From: Malacoraja senta
Taxonomy: Eukaryota
Length of the DNA stretch: 64,000 bases
Direction of reading: 5' to 3'
Assembly: GCA_038087875.1 (NCBI GenBank)
Contig: CM075990.1
Location: 9,610,001-9,674,000 of the forward strand
A program made the position numbers and the translations under genes. Below are positions 1-12,939 of the stretch, piece by piece. Numbering within the stretch: position 1 is the first letter of the stretch; each line of letters starts with the position of its first letter. Under the pieces are notes generated by a model. That model was not told the DNA's origin and searched no databases. It saw only the letters and a list, made by a program, of their open reading frames with translations.

Positions 1-196
1 CCAGCATTTTGTGTCTATCTTCAATGTAAACTAGCATCTGCAGTTCCTTTCTAAACACCACGTATCCTAGGATCCAGGCCATCAGATCCAGAGGACTACT
101 TCAATTTTGGCCCCATTAGTTTGCCTTGCAGCTTTACTGAGGTGATAGAGATTGTTTTTTCTTCCCTGCCTTATGCTGCTTGATTCTCAATTCTTA

Positions 197-409
197 AGGG
201 CCTGTCCCACTTGTGCGTCATTTACGCGACACGATGCACGATGCACATGTCGTGAAGCGCACGTGATGCGCGCATGGTGTGCATTACGCGCGCATGGTGT
301 GTGGTGGCGTAAGCAGTGACGCGCACAGCGCCCCAGGATTTTGGGATTCACAAAATCTTCGCACGCCACCTGCGTGACGCGCAAATGACGCCCAAGTGGG
401 ACAGGCCCT
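197..409. mobile_element. PIF/Harbinger-type MITE (non-autonomous DNA transposon)
   Basis: About 32-bp terminal inverted repeats (AGGGCCTGTCCCACTTG...CAAGTGGGACAGGCCCT, 2 mismatches further in), flanked by TTA at 194-196 and 410-412; CpG-rich interior. Confidence 0.8.
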
Positions 410-479
410 TTATATTCACAGAGGGATAAAGCATGGAAACTGGCGCTTCCACTCTCCGAGTTCACAGTGACCTACAATA

Positions 480-790
480 TCCATTTATACCAACCCAACA
501 TTAGCCCCATTTCTTTCTCCCCATATTAACTTTTCAGATTCTACTACTCATCTACGCACTGTTGGCAATTTCCATTGGACAATTAGCCTACCAACCTTTG
601 GAATCACCTATCCGATAGCATTGTGATGTTACCTTCACTAGCACAGTTCAAGACTAACTTGCACGTGCTTTGAGGAAAGTGGAGCACCTGGAGGAATCCG
701 TATGGTAACCAGGAATATGTACCAGAGCCCACACCAGAGCAACACATGGCACAAGACAGGTGACCACTGATTTTGGGGGCAATGAAAAAA
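480..790 (-). mobile_element. Degenerate V-SINE/HE1-like SINE
   Basis: Resembles the reverse complement of the SINE core seen at 44130-44385 (ggaaagtggagcacctggaggaatcc...); boundaries approximate. Confidence 0.4.
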
Positions 791-974
791 GTGTGCAAAT
801 AAATCATAGCTCTGTCTGTTCTCTGAGGTACAAGGTCCAAAGGCACATTTCAAAGTATACTAATTCTCCCTGGTATCCTTGTTGGTATTTATCTCACAAC
901 CAACAGCTTAAAACACTTTGAGTCATTATTTGGTCATTACCTCTGTTACTAGGGTTTGTTCTTCATCTCCAGCA

Positions 975-1060
975 CTTCCCTCTCCATCCCCTTCCCTCTC
1001 CCTCCCCTCCCCTCCCCTCTCCCTCCCCCTCCCCTCCCCTCTCCCTCCCCTCCCCTCCAC
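975..1060. repeat. C/T-rich low-complexity tract ((CCCT)n-like)
   Basis: Runs of ccctccc/cctcccc; G-runs on the minus strand. Confidence 0.85.
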
Positions 1061-3274
1061 ACCTGGCTAGCAGCATGGTGCACCTACAAATGTTCTGCAG
1101 TTCCCAAGGCAACTCCAACAGAATCTCCAAACTGCAGTCTCTGCCACTAAGAAGGTGGTCGGTCAATGGAAACTAAATAAACCTACTTGGAATCACTCCA
1201 CTTGAATGGGACCTATCATACATTCCTTCAGCATTGTGATAGTAGCTTAACCAGCGCAGTTCAAGAAAGTGCTCACCACCACTATCTCAAAGATAAATGA
1301 GGATTGACAGTGCATACTAGCCCTGGTAATATGGCATAATTCCATAATAAAACTAAAATATTGACATTTGAGGAGGTCTTTATTGGCGACTTTACTTTTT
1401 TTAAGTGCTCCTGATGTCTAGATTGAAACTTTGAGCTGATTCCCCAGAGTGTATTAACATTCTTAATTAGTGTATCTGCCTTTTAATTAATTTAAAATAT
1501 AATTTATGCATTAACTTCATAGAGTGAGATGTTGTCAGCTGACACCAGGTAGATGTGGTTTTGGAAGGATATTCGTGGATTGTAAGTTTAAGGTGTTTTT
1601 TTCAATTCGCAAGATCTGGGGATTGCTGGTAAGAGGGACACTAATTACTCATCCGTAATTTTCTTTCAAAACATGATGTATTTCACTAGGATCCCAAGTT
1701 ATGACAGTGCCTATGGGGTGCCATTAACTATGATTTCCAGGATTTTAACCCAAAGGCAAATGTGAAATATGTTAAGTTTGAACTGATGGATCCCTTGTGT
1801 TAATGCTGTATGTGCCTGCTGCCAATGTCATGTGAGGTGATAGGGACCAAAGTTAGAGGCACTTCAAATTCCATGACATCAGCTGAGAATGAAGCGGAAT
1901 CAGCTGAGAATGAAGTCAGGTTGTAGATAAGGGTGACGAGTGGATAATTTTCAGATTCCAGGATCTGCAGTTTTATTTATTTTCCACTAGAAAAGTTGAC
2001 AAAACTAATAACTTTTATCAGATGGGTTAAAAATAAAGTTTTCTTCTTTGCTCTTTTGCTGAAACAATATATACTTTGATTTTGCAGTCAAATATTTTTT
2101 TAAAGTTGCCCTGAAAGTTCTATGTCAAGGCACAACAATTAGATGTACTATGTAAAGTTCAAATTAAACTTGTCATCAAGCTTACTGTGTCATCTTCCCA
2201 CTGTAAATCATTTTGTTGAAGGTGCTAATTTCAAGTTTTTATCAGTATTTCAGCCAGTTGGTTCTTGTTTACGCATGAGTTTCATAACTAAGTGCAGGGA
2301 AGTCACAATGCAATCCATTCCAGGGATCCCCAGCTCTGAACAGGAACATTTCCAGGTGGGGAGATTTTGACAACTAAATTCCTATAAGCAATAAAGCACA
2401 AAAAAACCTCACATCCTTGGCTCTCAAAGTAGAGGAAAACATAGAGGAAAGAAACTGATACGCAAACCTCAGAGAGAAAGAAATTAAGGTTACAAAGTGA
2501 CGTCAGCCAGTGAAAATAGGATGTGTCTCTTAAAAAACACTTATGGTTGCTGCGCCATGAGTGAGAGAAACGGTTTCTCAATACTTACTGGGGAATGGTA
2601 TACACGCATTCCCGACAAGTTAGTGCCTTAAATAAACTGTGTGCGGAGAGATAATGCATGTGAAATGACAGCCAAGCGCAGTGCCTGCAATGTGTGGACC
2701 GCCTGCAATGACACCTGTCATTGAACCGATTGCTATTTTCGGGCATTGAGTAAGTTGGGATTTGCCTTCAGCTCTCAACTCGGCGAAGTAGCAACGCAGG
2801 ATCACAAAGACAGACTTTTGCACATCGCGGGCAATGCAGGGCAGTTTTTAGCAGCATTGATCATTCTGTAGGTTGAGAAAACCATACAGGGAAGACTCAA
2901 CTGCAATTAGAAGCCACATCCTGTGAGATGTCTTAGATTTCAGTTTAATATTAGTATTTATTAACGTTGATTCTGAACCATGAGAGTCTATTGAGAGAAA
3001 TAAAATTATAGCTGACCTGTGCTTCCATTATTTGGTAATGTCTGATTATTGTGCAAATATTGTCAGGGAGTCACACTGATTGAAATAATTGTCATTTAGT
3101 TATCAGAAAATAAGTGATTGTAAACAACAACTCATAGAGCAAGTCTACACCACTTGGCCCGTTAAGCCAGCTCAGTCAGTGATCTGCCAATCTTTGGCAG
3201 GTTGCAGTCAGTATGGACAAGCTATTATTTTACATCAATGAAAGGAAGGTCAGGGAGTTATCGTTGTCTAATAC

Positions 3275-3510
3275 AAGACAATACAATAGAACTTTATTCA
3301 TCCCAGGAGGAAAATTGGTCTGTCAACAGTCATAAAACACAAGAAACATGAAACATGAAATTAAAGTGACGAGTGGAAAGGATTGGGGATGTGCAAAGAT
3401 TGGGAGGGTGGAGGGGAGTCAGTCTACCCCATGACAGAAGGGGAGGAGTTATACAGTTTGATAGCCACAGGTAAAAAGGACCTCCGTTGGCGCTCTGTAC
3501 TACATCTGCA
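3275..3510 (-). mobile_element. LINE 3' fragment, probably Rex1/Babar-like
   Basis: Reverse tail aatacaatagaactttatt followed by a coding-like segment (ggaggagttatacagtttgatagcc); family call from pattern memory only. Confidence 0.35.
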
Positions 3511-6294
3511 AACTACATGGTCATGCCCTACAAGATGACAATCACAGGGATCATTGACCTTTCTTTTTATCTGTCATAAAATGCACACGCTGTTATTTCC
3601 AATGACACTAATTTCTTCCAAACAATCTTGATAAGATTGATACTTTTTTAATAATTGAGATTTATATGCATAGTCAGTGTGATTCATCTACATTGTCAGC
3701 AATAATTGCGCTTTGCACAAGTGAACTTGTTCCATTGCACATCTTCTCACAAAGCTTCCTCTGAGTATCGGGGTCCAGTATGAAGTTTGATCCAATATTA
3801 ATTCTCCAATCAATTCATCAAGGTCATTGCATTGCTGATTATGGGAGTTTATTATGCATATTTTGGCAGCTGCATTTCCTAAGTTACAGAAGCGCATACA
3901 CTTGGAAAGTATGTCAATGATTGTAAATCACTAAGGCTGTGACAAGTACTGGTGGAATGCAAGCTCTTCCACTATTAAATGCTACAGTGCAAATCTCCTC
4001 ATTGTCCCTGTGAGTCTTACACCACAAATATTTTCTTTACCATGCCAATTGGGCCCACGAAAAGTGCTTTGAGTTTCACACTAGTATTGGAGATTCCAAA
4101 ATATATTGCACTTAAATCGAGAAGATAGATTGGATTAAATTAGTTTGTATTCCCTTTTGTACATTAGATGGAACCATAGAACTAATGCATTACATAAGGA
4201 GGCATTTAGCCCACCTAATTCTACCACTAGGCCCTTCTCCAGAAACTTGCACATTTGTCTCCACCAAATATCCCCTCTTGCAGGTCACGATGAAGCATGC
4301 TTCCCACCACATCTGCAGGTAATGCATTGCAGATTCTAATTGCATGTTGCATAAGTGTTTTTTTGTCAATGTCTCTCCATTTTTGTTTTTGCTGTTACCT
4401 TTAGTTTTCAATCACTCTATCAAAGCCCCCCCCCCCCCACCCACTCTGTTCATATCCCTCATCATTTTTTAATATGTCAATCAGCTTCCTCCAAAGAAAA
4501 CAGTCTTTTCTTAGGTAGACAAAAGAAAACAGCCTTTTCTTGTCTCTCCATGTAACCATAGTCCCTCATCTCAGGAACCAAACTCGTTAATCTTTTGTGG
4601 ACCTCTTTGACATCTACCTGTGAAAATCTTGTCCCTGAACTGCAGCAGCTTGGGGGATTACTTAGTTTTAAGATCACAAGATTGAAGTTTATGAAGCACA
4701 AATGCCGGCCTAATTTGTTGATATTACTTGGAATTTCATGCTGGAAATGAGCGAAACGGTTAATGTTTATCTGATGAATGGTCATTGAACTAAAACATAA
4801 AATCTATTTCTCTTACCACAGATACTGTCGTGCTAATTATTGACAGCATTTTTTGTAATATTTTGTATTTCCAGCATCTGCAGTGCTTGGCTTTTAAAAT
4901 TTAATGCTGCACAGCTAAAAGATTACAAGGAGGGCCCTGACCCAAACCATCACCTGTCCATTCTCTTCTGATTCTAAATGTTAACTGTCCATTCCTTCTA
5001 CAGATGCTGCCTAACCTCCTGAGTTTGTTTTGTTATGTACTAGCCACCAATCATCTTGACATGCTGTTCAATTGTCATAGTAATACAGCACAGAAATGGC
5101 CCATTTAGCCCTCTAGATCCATAGTGACTGTTTGCTCATCCACACTAATCCCATTTCCCCTCATTGGGTTCACATCCTTCTGTGCCTTGCCTAGTCAACT
5201 GCCTCTCTATGCCTCTTGAACACAGTGCTGGTATTTGATTCGACCATCTTCTCTGGCTTCAGATATCAACTACTCTGCAAAAAATATTGGTCGGACCTTA
5301 TTTCAGTCCTATTCTGGACATGTTTTCCTAATGCACTGCTTCACAAACAAGAGTCACCTTTTGATATCTGACTCACTATTGCTGTTTAAGCAAGAGCAGG
5401 CTATTCAGCAAAGGCATTGCGGCTAACCTCTGTGTAATCCCCACCCAATAACTCATGGCGTCAAAATCAGGATTTGGACAATGACAAATTTTCACTGCTG
5501 CAATGCCAGGAGTTGTACAGCTCCTATAATCAGCTATCTAGTGGCATTATCCAATAAGTCACCCACATATAATTGTCTTCGTTGTCTTTAGCTATTTGAA
5601 TCTGAATCTGCGTTCTACATCCCAATAATTTTGTCCAATTCTTTTGGTCATCTCTATACTTTTGGTCATCTCTATACTTTTCGAGGCATTTTTCTCTGCT
5701 GTTACTGGATTGCAAGGTTGATGTTTACGGCGGACATTGGGACATGAGGGAAAGTAGGACACCTTGAATAAATAGTTGATTTCTTTTTCACCTGAGAAGT
5801 TTTGGGGCATTTGAATCTGCCTTTAAACAAGTCAACATTCTGTACTGAGTTTCTTCAGTGTAGATGGGATTTGAAGACACTTACTTGTAAATGGATATTT
5901 AAAAGAACAGTGATTTATAAGTGTGCTGGTAGCTTTTGTACACAAATTGTTAGCTGCTAGTTTCTGAGTAGGATTGACTTCACCTCCAATTACTGACCTT
6001 AGTCATGTTGACCTAATATTTCTTCTTTCAGGGTTATTGGGTAAATTCAGCACAAATTCAGCAAAAGTTTCAGGTGTGATTGTGTCCAGCTTAGGGTTTT
6101 GCTCCAAACTGGTTGCATATTGTCAAGTGCAAAGATTGGGCATGGACCAGCACAATTGTACAGTTGTTTGTGTAATTTATAAATATTTTTTTGTATATCC
6201 CTGGTATATTTACGATGTGGCTTCATTAACAAAGCAGAAAATGTATTTTTACAAAAAATATTTTTTTGTCAATCTCTTAACCTGAGACACAATT

Positions 6295-6440
6295 TTTGGG
6301 GTGGGGAGATTGCAACCTTCACGTGGTCCGCCCTGTTTCTACGAATGCAATCAACCTGGTGTGCACAATTAAATAAGATCAAATAGAACAAGTTGTCCTA
6401 CAACTTTAGGCTGTGCACGCCATACGCAAGAATAAGAATA
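6295..6440 (+). mobile_element. Short unclassified retroposon (copy 1)
   Basis: Highly similar to 63151-63282; AAGAAT-repeat tail; TSD AGACACAATT at 6285-6294 and 6441-6450. Confidence 0.75.
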
Positions 6441-6980
6441 AGACACAATTCATGAATCATAACTGACTTTCTGAATTCAGCAGAACCATTTATTGGTATC
6501 ACTTGTGTATAATGGTCAAATTGGAATATATTTTTTTCATATTTATATATTTTGGAAAATTTCCCATTAATGTCATTTATGCCTATTAATATTTTAAAGA
6601 ATATCCTGAATGGGTGCAATTAGCAACAACGTGTCAAGATAATTAATTCTTCTGCAGTATCATTAGTTTTATCGCTGAATTCTACCACAATGTTTTAAAA
6701 ACTAGCTCCAGTTTCAGAAACAATTGACATTGGGTGTAACTCCAACTGAACATTTTTCAATCTCATGCTCCAGTTTGGCTGATTTCATTGTTCTGATAGT
6801 AACAGATCAACTAAACACAGATCACATCTGGGTGAGTGAACATAAGAGTTCATTTTTTCCAACCAAAACTTAAACATGAGATAATGATTCATTTATTTCA
6901 TATGAAGGAGATTTTAAAAAATAGTGCAAAATAATGAGTTTAGCATCAAATCACAGATCCTTTTAATTGGATTATTCCAG

Positions 6981-7132
6981 GTGCGGAAGCGAGGGAAGGC
7001 TTGTAGAGGCGGGCTACGTGAGAATGATATCCTCGTGACCATCAATGGAAGATCTTGCAGTGGAATTTCCCATGCAGATGCCATGAACATCATAGACTCT
7101 TCAGACGGGACTCTGCGCATCTGGGTCAAGAG
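6981..7132 (+). CDS. SYNPO2L: Synaptopodin 2-like, internal exon encoding the C-terminal part of the PDZ domain
   Basis: ttccag|GTG acceptor and AG|gtacta donor, 152 nt, phase 0 to 2. Encodes VRKRGKACRGGLRENDILVTINGRSCSGISHADAMNIIDSSDGTLRIWVKR, a typical PDZ segment. The upstream exon with the PWGF motif was not found in the window. Confidence 0.9.
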
Positions 7133-7900
7133 GTACTAAACACGGACAGTGCAAAATGTAAAAACTTGAGTTCCTTTATTTAAGCAGTTTATCAATCCTT
7201 AGATTTTTTAATGTTTGGGCAAACCCAGTTAAGGTTGTTCAATGATAAAAGAATATGATAGAGTGGGTGCAGAAATGTTAATCCATCTGTTTGGAATTCC
7301 GGGGTCTCTCAACACTGCAGTGGTGAAATATTACCCATAGATTCTGTCCTTGCTTATTATTCCAGGCATGTCAACCTAGTTAAGTACTGAAATGAAGGTG
7401 AGATGAACATCATGTTTATTACTCTCACTGGCCAAGTTCTCCAGGGTGGAAAAACTGCAACTAGCAGAAAGTTCAACCCTTCTGGTCTTAGGGAACACTT
7501 TAGTGGGAATGTGTCATAAAGTGCATTCAAGGGTGAGATATATTAGGGATGGATAGGTAATCAGGCAAGGGAGGATATGGTCAGATCCGACTGGACGGGG
7601 TTATATAATCACCTTCTGCCTTTATGTTCTTTAAAACGCCCAACACGCCCTCGTCCCCTCCCCACAACCTCAGCATCTACAAAGCCCCATGCGGTTTAAA
7701 AGTTTATCTCTGTAACTTGGCTGAAGGGACTGAGAGAGAGTGACTTCGCATTTTTGAACCCATGACGGGCGTTCTTACCCACTGATTCCAGTCCAGCCTG
7801 TGCCAGCCACTGAGATGCCACTAATCCAGGAGGGTGCTAGTCTATCCCTGGTTCAATTGTTCCATCGCTTCTGATCCCAGTAACTTGAATCCTCTTCTAG

Positions 7901-8799
7901 GATTTCGTGCAGCCCGGCAACTGGCAGCTTTCAATCTGAGACCAGCCCGGCCACCGCCCCCTGTGAACGGAGCCAAGAAACTTCAAAAGTGCCCGGGCTA
8001 ATGCGGGAGCCCCCCAGTGTGAAGCCAGAGGCGACCCGCGGCACCAGCAGGCTCCGGGCTCAGCCCGAGTGTTACACCTCGCCCCCGGACAGCGAGGCGT
8101 ATTACGGTGAGACAGACAGCGACGCGGATCACACGGCCAGCGAGAGGCAGCGGAGGCAGAAGAAGCGTTGGCCGGGTCCCAGGGCGCCAGTGCGAGGATC
8201 GGCGGACGAGGCGTCGGAGCAGAGCGAGTACGACAGCGCTCCGGAGCCCGTGTGGAGCGACTGCCGCTCCCCTCTGAACCCCCTGTCGCCGGAACCAGCA
8301 GCATCCGCCTGTCTGGATCATCCCAGCCTCGCCCAAGGGGCAATCCCGAGGATGTTTCAGCCCAGGAAGGTGGAAGCCAAGATTAATATCTGGCAGCCCA
8401 AGGTGGAGATGGCTACTTACCCCAAGCCTGGTCTCGCCCACACTATCCTCACCGCCAGCAGCCACGCTCACCCCACTCCCTGTTACCCTACCACCAACCC
8501 CAACTATCCCAACTACCACCCCAACACCAACCCCAACTATCCCAACACCTGGTCTGCCCAGTCCAGCGGCGAAGATGTCCCTCTGCGTCAGGGTATCCTG
8601 GGCACGTCGGAAACTGACAGCGGCTTCCAGGAGGTACCTGCCCAGGCCGGCTCACCTGAGCAGAAGCTGCTACCGACCGCCAGCCTGCCCAGCTTGCCTG
8701 GCCTGAGGGGGACACAGCTGGTGCCCATGGTGGGCCCAGTGAACAACCCCGTGGACGAGGTGCTAATCACCACCTACAAAGAGAAAGCCAAGCAAGCCA
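7901..8799 (+). CDS. SYNPO2L: Synaptopodin 2-like, internal exon
   Basis: cttctag|G acceptor and A|gtaagt donor, 899 nt, phase 2 to 1 and compatible with both neighbours. Contains SYNPO2L-type motifs SPPDSEAYYGETDSDAD and LVPMVGPVNNPVDEVLITTYKEKAKQA. Confidence 0.92.
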
Positions 8800-9475
8800 G
8801 TAAGTTTTTTTTAGTTACCTTCTAAGATAGCCTCAAATAATTTTAAACCTCCGATGCTCTGGGCTTTTCTGATGTGTTCAATGTGCTGCTATTAAGGGGA
8901 ACATGAGAGGTTTAGAGGATATGAGGTAAACTCTCTGAAAAGCGTGTCAGTTGCTGTCTGTTACTTGATACTCTGTGTGATCTTATGGTCAAGACTTGAA
9001 AACAGTTGTTTAAACATACCCATGAAAGCTTCGTGCATTTATATATATTTTTTTCGAATTTACTGCAGTAGTGCTATCCTTTAAAGCTTTCGAATAAAAC
9101 AAAGTTCTATTAGAAACATCTAGCAGAAAAATGGATTACCTTGGGATAATTATAGGGTGGGATGGATGTAAGTGTTGTTCTCAGGTACATACAGGTTCCA
9201 CTGTATTGGTGTGACAATGGTTTAATATAGCAACCCTTGTCAATGAGATTTCTAGGAAGAGACCAGAAAACTTTGGAAGTAAGATTTGGTGATCAAGTCA
9301 CTGGCGATAAGAACGATAAAGTAGGGTCATAAGGTTAAGGGCATTATAGGGAGTTTTAGATTGCTAGATTGTGATGGCTGCAAGATGTGTAGGGATGGTG
9401 GTAAAGGGAATGAGAGAGCATGGTGTCAGAAAATCCAAGGTTGGGCTCAGGAAATTGAGGCTTTAGTAAGGGTGT

Positions 9476-9595
9476 CATCGGTTATGGGAAGAAGGCAGGA
9501 GAATGGGATTGAGAGGGAAAGACAGGTCAGCCATGATTGAATGGCGGCATAGACGTGATGGGCCGAATGGCTTAATTCTGCTCCTAGAACTCATG
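9476..9595 (+). mobile_element. CR1 LINE 3' tail fragment
   Basis: cagccatgattgaatggcgg...gggccgaatggcttaattctgctcct tail shared with other CR1 copies in the window. Confidence 0.7.
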
Positions 9596-10039
9596 AAGGC
9601 TTGAGGAAGTTGCTTCCAGTATTGAAATGCCATTGAAGAGAGTTGAGGATAAAGAGGATTTTTTTTTTGTCTAACATTCATGAATTGCTGACACTAATGA
9701 CCTATTTAAACTCCAGCATTTAAAATTAAACCTGTCTTAAATTATATATGGAGACAAGAATTATCCTCTTAATATTGCTTACTGCCACACTTTGCAGCCA
9801 CCGTCTTTTTTCCACTGGGGTCAATTTATAGATCTAAAGTATATTCAGCTTTTGACCATGTTTACTTGACTTTTGAAACAATGTTTTCTTGCTTATCCCA
9901 CAGTTATGAGTATGAAAAGTATTTTAATGACATCACTGCCTGAGACTTTGACACATTTCATTCTTGTGTCAATCGGCACAATTTTTCTTTTAGCTTTACT
10001 TGTCTGAAAAAAATCTCTTGAAGGCCGGTTTGAGCGCAG

Positions 10040-10160
10040 ACAGATGCTTAAACTCATCACACAACTAGTTGGTATGTAATGGGTAAAAATAGTCAAACGG
10101 ACAGAAGTTCTCAACCGTCCTTTTGTCTGGTCTGACAAGGGGAGTAAAAGGCGATAAGAG
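10040..10160 (+). promoter_or_regulatory. Candidate muscle promoter of the short SYNPO2L isoform
   Basis: E-box CAGATG 10041-10046, MEF2-like GTAAAAATAG 10083-10092 (1 mismatch to consensus) and GATAAG 10153-10158, directly upstream of the candidate alternative first exon. Confidence 0.45.
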
Positions 10161-10199
10161 AACTTGGCAGACTTAAGAGTCTTGGGCTCACTCCAGTTT

Positions 10200-10323
10200 A
10201 TGAGTGATTACAGTGTCTATATGGAACTGAGGACACAAAGTAATACTCCAAAGATTAACAGAATGCAGAGATCACAAACTGAAGAACCAGAAAAGAAAAC
10301 CAGCAAGCATCAAGTTTATGCAG
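10200..10323 (+). CDS. SYNPO2L: Alternative first coding exon of a short, PDZ-less SYNPO2L isoform (CHAPb-like)
   Basis: ATG at 10200 (or 10221), open for 41 codons: MSDYSVYMELRTQSNTPKINRMQRSQTEEPEKKTSKHQVYA. CAG|gtattt phase-1 donor joins 16821 to give ...VYAELHRSES, echoing the ...FYAELQRAES junction recalled for the mammalian short isoform. Confidence 0.7.
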
Positions 10324-12939
10324 GTATTTGAATGTGTACATACTTTTAAAGTGTTAGCTAATTTTACTGTGAATGGTCTACAATTAATTTTTGTTCTATC
10401 CTTAAAAGTCTTACAATTGAAATTAGTTTCATGCCTGTAACCCAAGGTAAGATGGAAGGTCAACATTTCAGCACCAACTTATTTTATTCAATGTGTTTTA
10501 AATATTTACTGCAAGAGTATGGCAATTTCAGTTTACTCCTTTCCACAGAAACAAATACTCAAAAGGTTGTTAGCCTTGGTATATCTTACACAGTAAAAAT
10601 GATAGATGTACAGTTTCAATACCAATTGAACCAAAGATGTTTGCTTTGCAAATCATCACTTTGTGACTGCAAATATTTACTCAGCTAGACTCTGGTGGTG
10701 TGGGTTTTTCTTTGAGAACGTAAAGAAATTATCTGGCTTTATTTTTCAACCCTGGGCATGTTATTGATAGTGAACAGTGACATTTTACAATGTTTCAGGT
10801 CTCCAGTGTTTACAACTGGTGGGAGAAGAGGGAGAGGTCCTGTTGCTGGTGGTTGGTTGTAGCAAAATTAACATGAGCTCCTTAAATTTTTGAAGAGCCC
10901 TTTTTTCCCCCCAGTGTTTCATGCTTTAAAATAGACTTTTTTTGCCAAAGTGAAATTGAATTATGATAACTTCTGGGTGATATTATGTAATTCCAGAACT
11001 TACACTGTGGTTTTCTTGAAGTGATTCACCCCTGCGTGCCTGAAACGATTTTTGCATCCGTTTTGCACAGGATGCAGCAATCCCAGCCCAATGCCCCTTT
11101 TGGAACATTGCAGGAAAAATTGGACTAAATTGTCCTGGGAACAACTCTTGGGACAATGATGTCTTAATACTGCAGATTTTGATTAGGACACTTTGGCCTT
11201 ACACCCACACTGCACTGATATACCCCATGCTCCAAGACCTTGGTCCGAAACCTCTCTGATCTCCAAACTGTGCTTCCGTCCCGTTGGTCCGGGCCAACAA
11301 GACAAATGCCATGAACCCCCAAAGTGATGTCAACCCCTACACTTCAAATTGGTTTATCTTGTGCGATTTGGTGAACCCAATGATCCCATGAGATCCTTGG
11401 GGGGGGGGGGGGTTCCACTTATTCTTCCCCTCCTCTCCACTGGCCACTCATCTGATCATTATACCCCAATTCTGGGCCTCTGTCCTTTCTTTGCCAACCC
11501 CTTCTACCGGTCCTGATTTTTGCAGAATCCCTTCCTGGTCACATTCCTTGCCTTGACCCCTGGCCCGGAACATGCTCAATTCCAGGTGATATCCAATTAC
11601 AAAATCCTACCACAACCAACCATCTAGCATATCCATCTGGGTGCAATAAAATTTCCAGGCAGCAGTTTTTATTGGTTAGGTTTCCATTTCATTACCATTC
11701 ATGATAAACTAAATCTTTATTACAGTACATATATATTAATCTTTTTCTCTCCCAGGAGGGGTCCGGGCCCCTCAAATAAGTTTGTCTCTTGAATTGGCTT
11801 AAATATTCAATTGATGCATTTGAGCAGACTCCATGATTGTTCTTATACCCTTTTTATACCAATGTTATAGAAAGAGCAACTCATTAGCTGATCAAAAAGA
11901 AACATTTAATATTTCTTCAATAGAAATGATCAAAATGAAATCAGCTGAACCTATAGCAAATGGATATGTTTCAATATCCTAGTAATATATCAATAGTTAA
12001 TAAATGCAATTGTTTTTCCCAAACACGTCAGCACTTAACACATTGATACAATGTGCAATTCATTGAGGCTGGAATGTTACCCTTTCTCGCAGAATAAATT
12101 GAGATTACCTCATAGAAGGTCAGCTGGAAAAATAACAGCAACATTTTAAAACATCGATCAGAAATGTGTTTTGAGGATACTTCCAATAAACTTGCTGTGT
12201 AATAATTTTTCCTCAATCATCTGAAGATTCATTAATGTTAGCCTCCAGTCTGTCAACATTCTTCTGCAATTTTGGTCATGCGTTTTTTTGACATCTGGGC
12301 AGCATTTATTGCCCATCCTTAATTGGCCTGGAGAAAGAGATGATGAATCACTTTCTTCATTCAATGTTATCTTTCTTGTGAAGGCTGCTGAGTCCCTGAT
12401 AGTAATTACCTTCTTGAATGTTGCTGGAGTCATGTTCATTCACCTGCCTTGCACTTTGTCAATGGTCGAAAAGTGTTGAGGTGTTAGTGAGTCACCCACT
12501 GATAATACATAGCTTTGGACCTGCCTTTGTAGTCGCCATCCTGAAGTGGCTGATCCAGTTCAGTGAAGACACAAGGAACTGCCAATACTGGTTTACAAAA
12601 AAAAAGGACAACATGTGAAGAAGGCCTTGACTCGAAACGTCAACTATCCATGTTCTCCAGAGAGGCTGTCTGACCCACTGAGTCACTCCAGCACTTATTT
12701 TTTGTCTTTTTTTGGTCCAGTTTATTTCCTGACTAATGCTGACCACCAGAAAGTAGATGACGTGGAACTCAGAAATAGTAATTCTATTGAATATCAAGAA
12801 GTGGTTAAACACTCTCTTGCTGGAGATGACCATTGCCTGGCACTTCTGTGGTACAAATGTTACCTGCTACTTATTAGCTCATGCTGAATGTTATCCAGCT
12901 GTGTTTCAAGCAAGGAGGTATAAACTGGTCATCTTTTTT

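Noticed and set aside
1878-1915. Short local tandem duplications (also 5642-5680, 23420-23485, 52183-52208)
   Set aside because: Ordinary slippage or repair duplications with no evidence of function.
1-6980. SYNPO2L first coding exon (GGAPWGF half of the PDZ domain)
   Set aside because: No PWGF-coding segment found by eye; presumably upstream of the window.
7897-8773. Several antisense and alternative-frame ORFs over the GC-rich SYNPO2L exon
   Set aside because: Expected from high GC content and low stop density.
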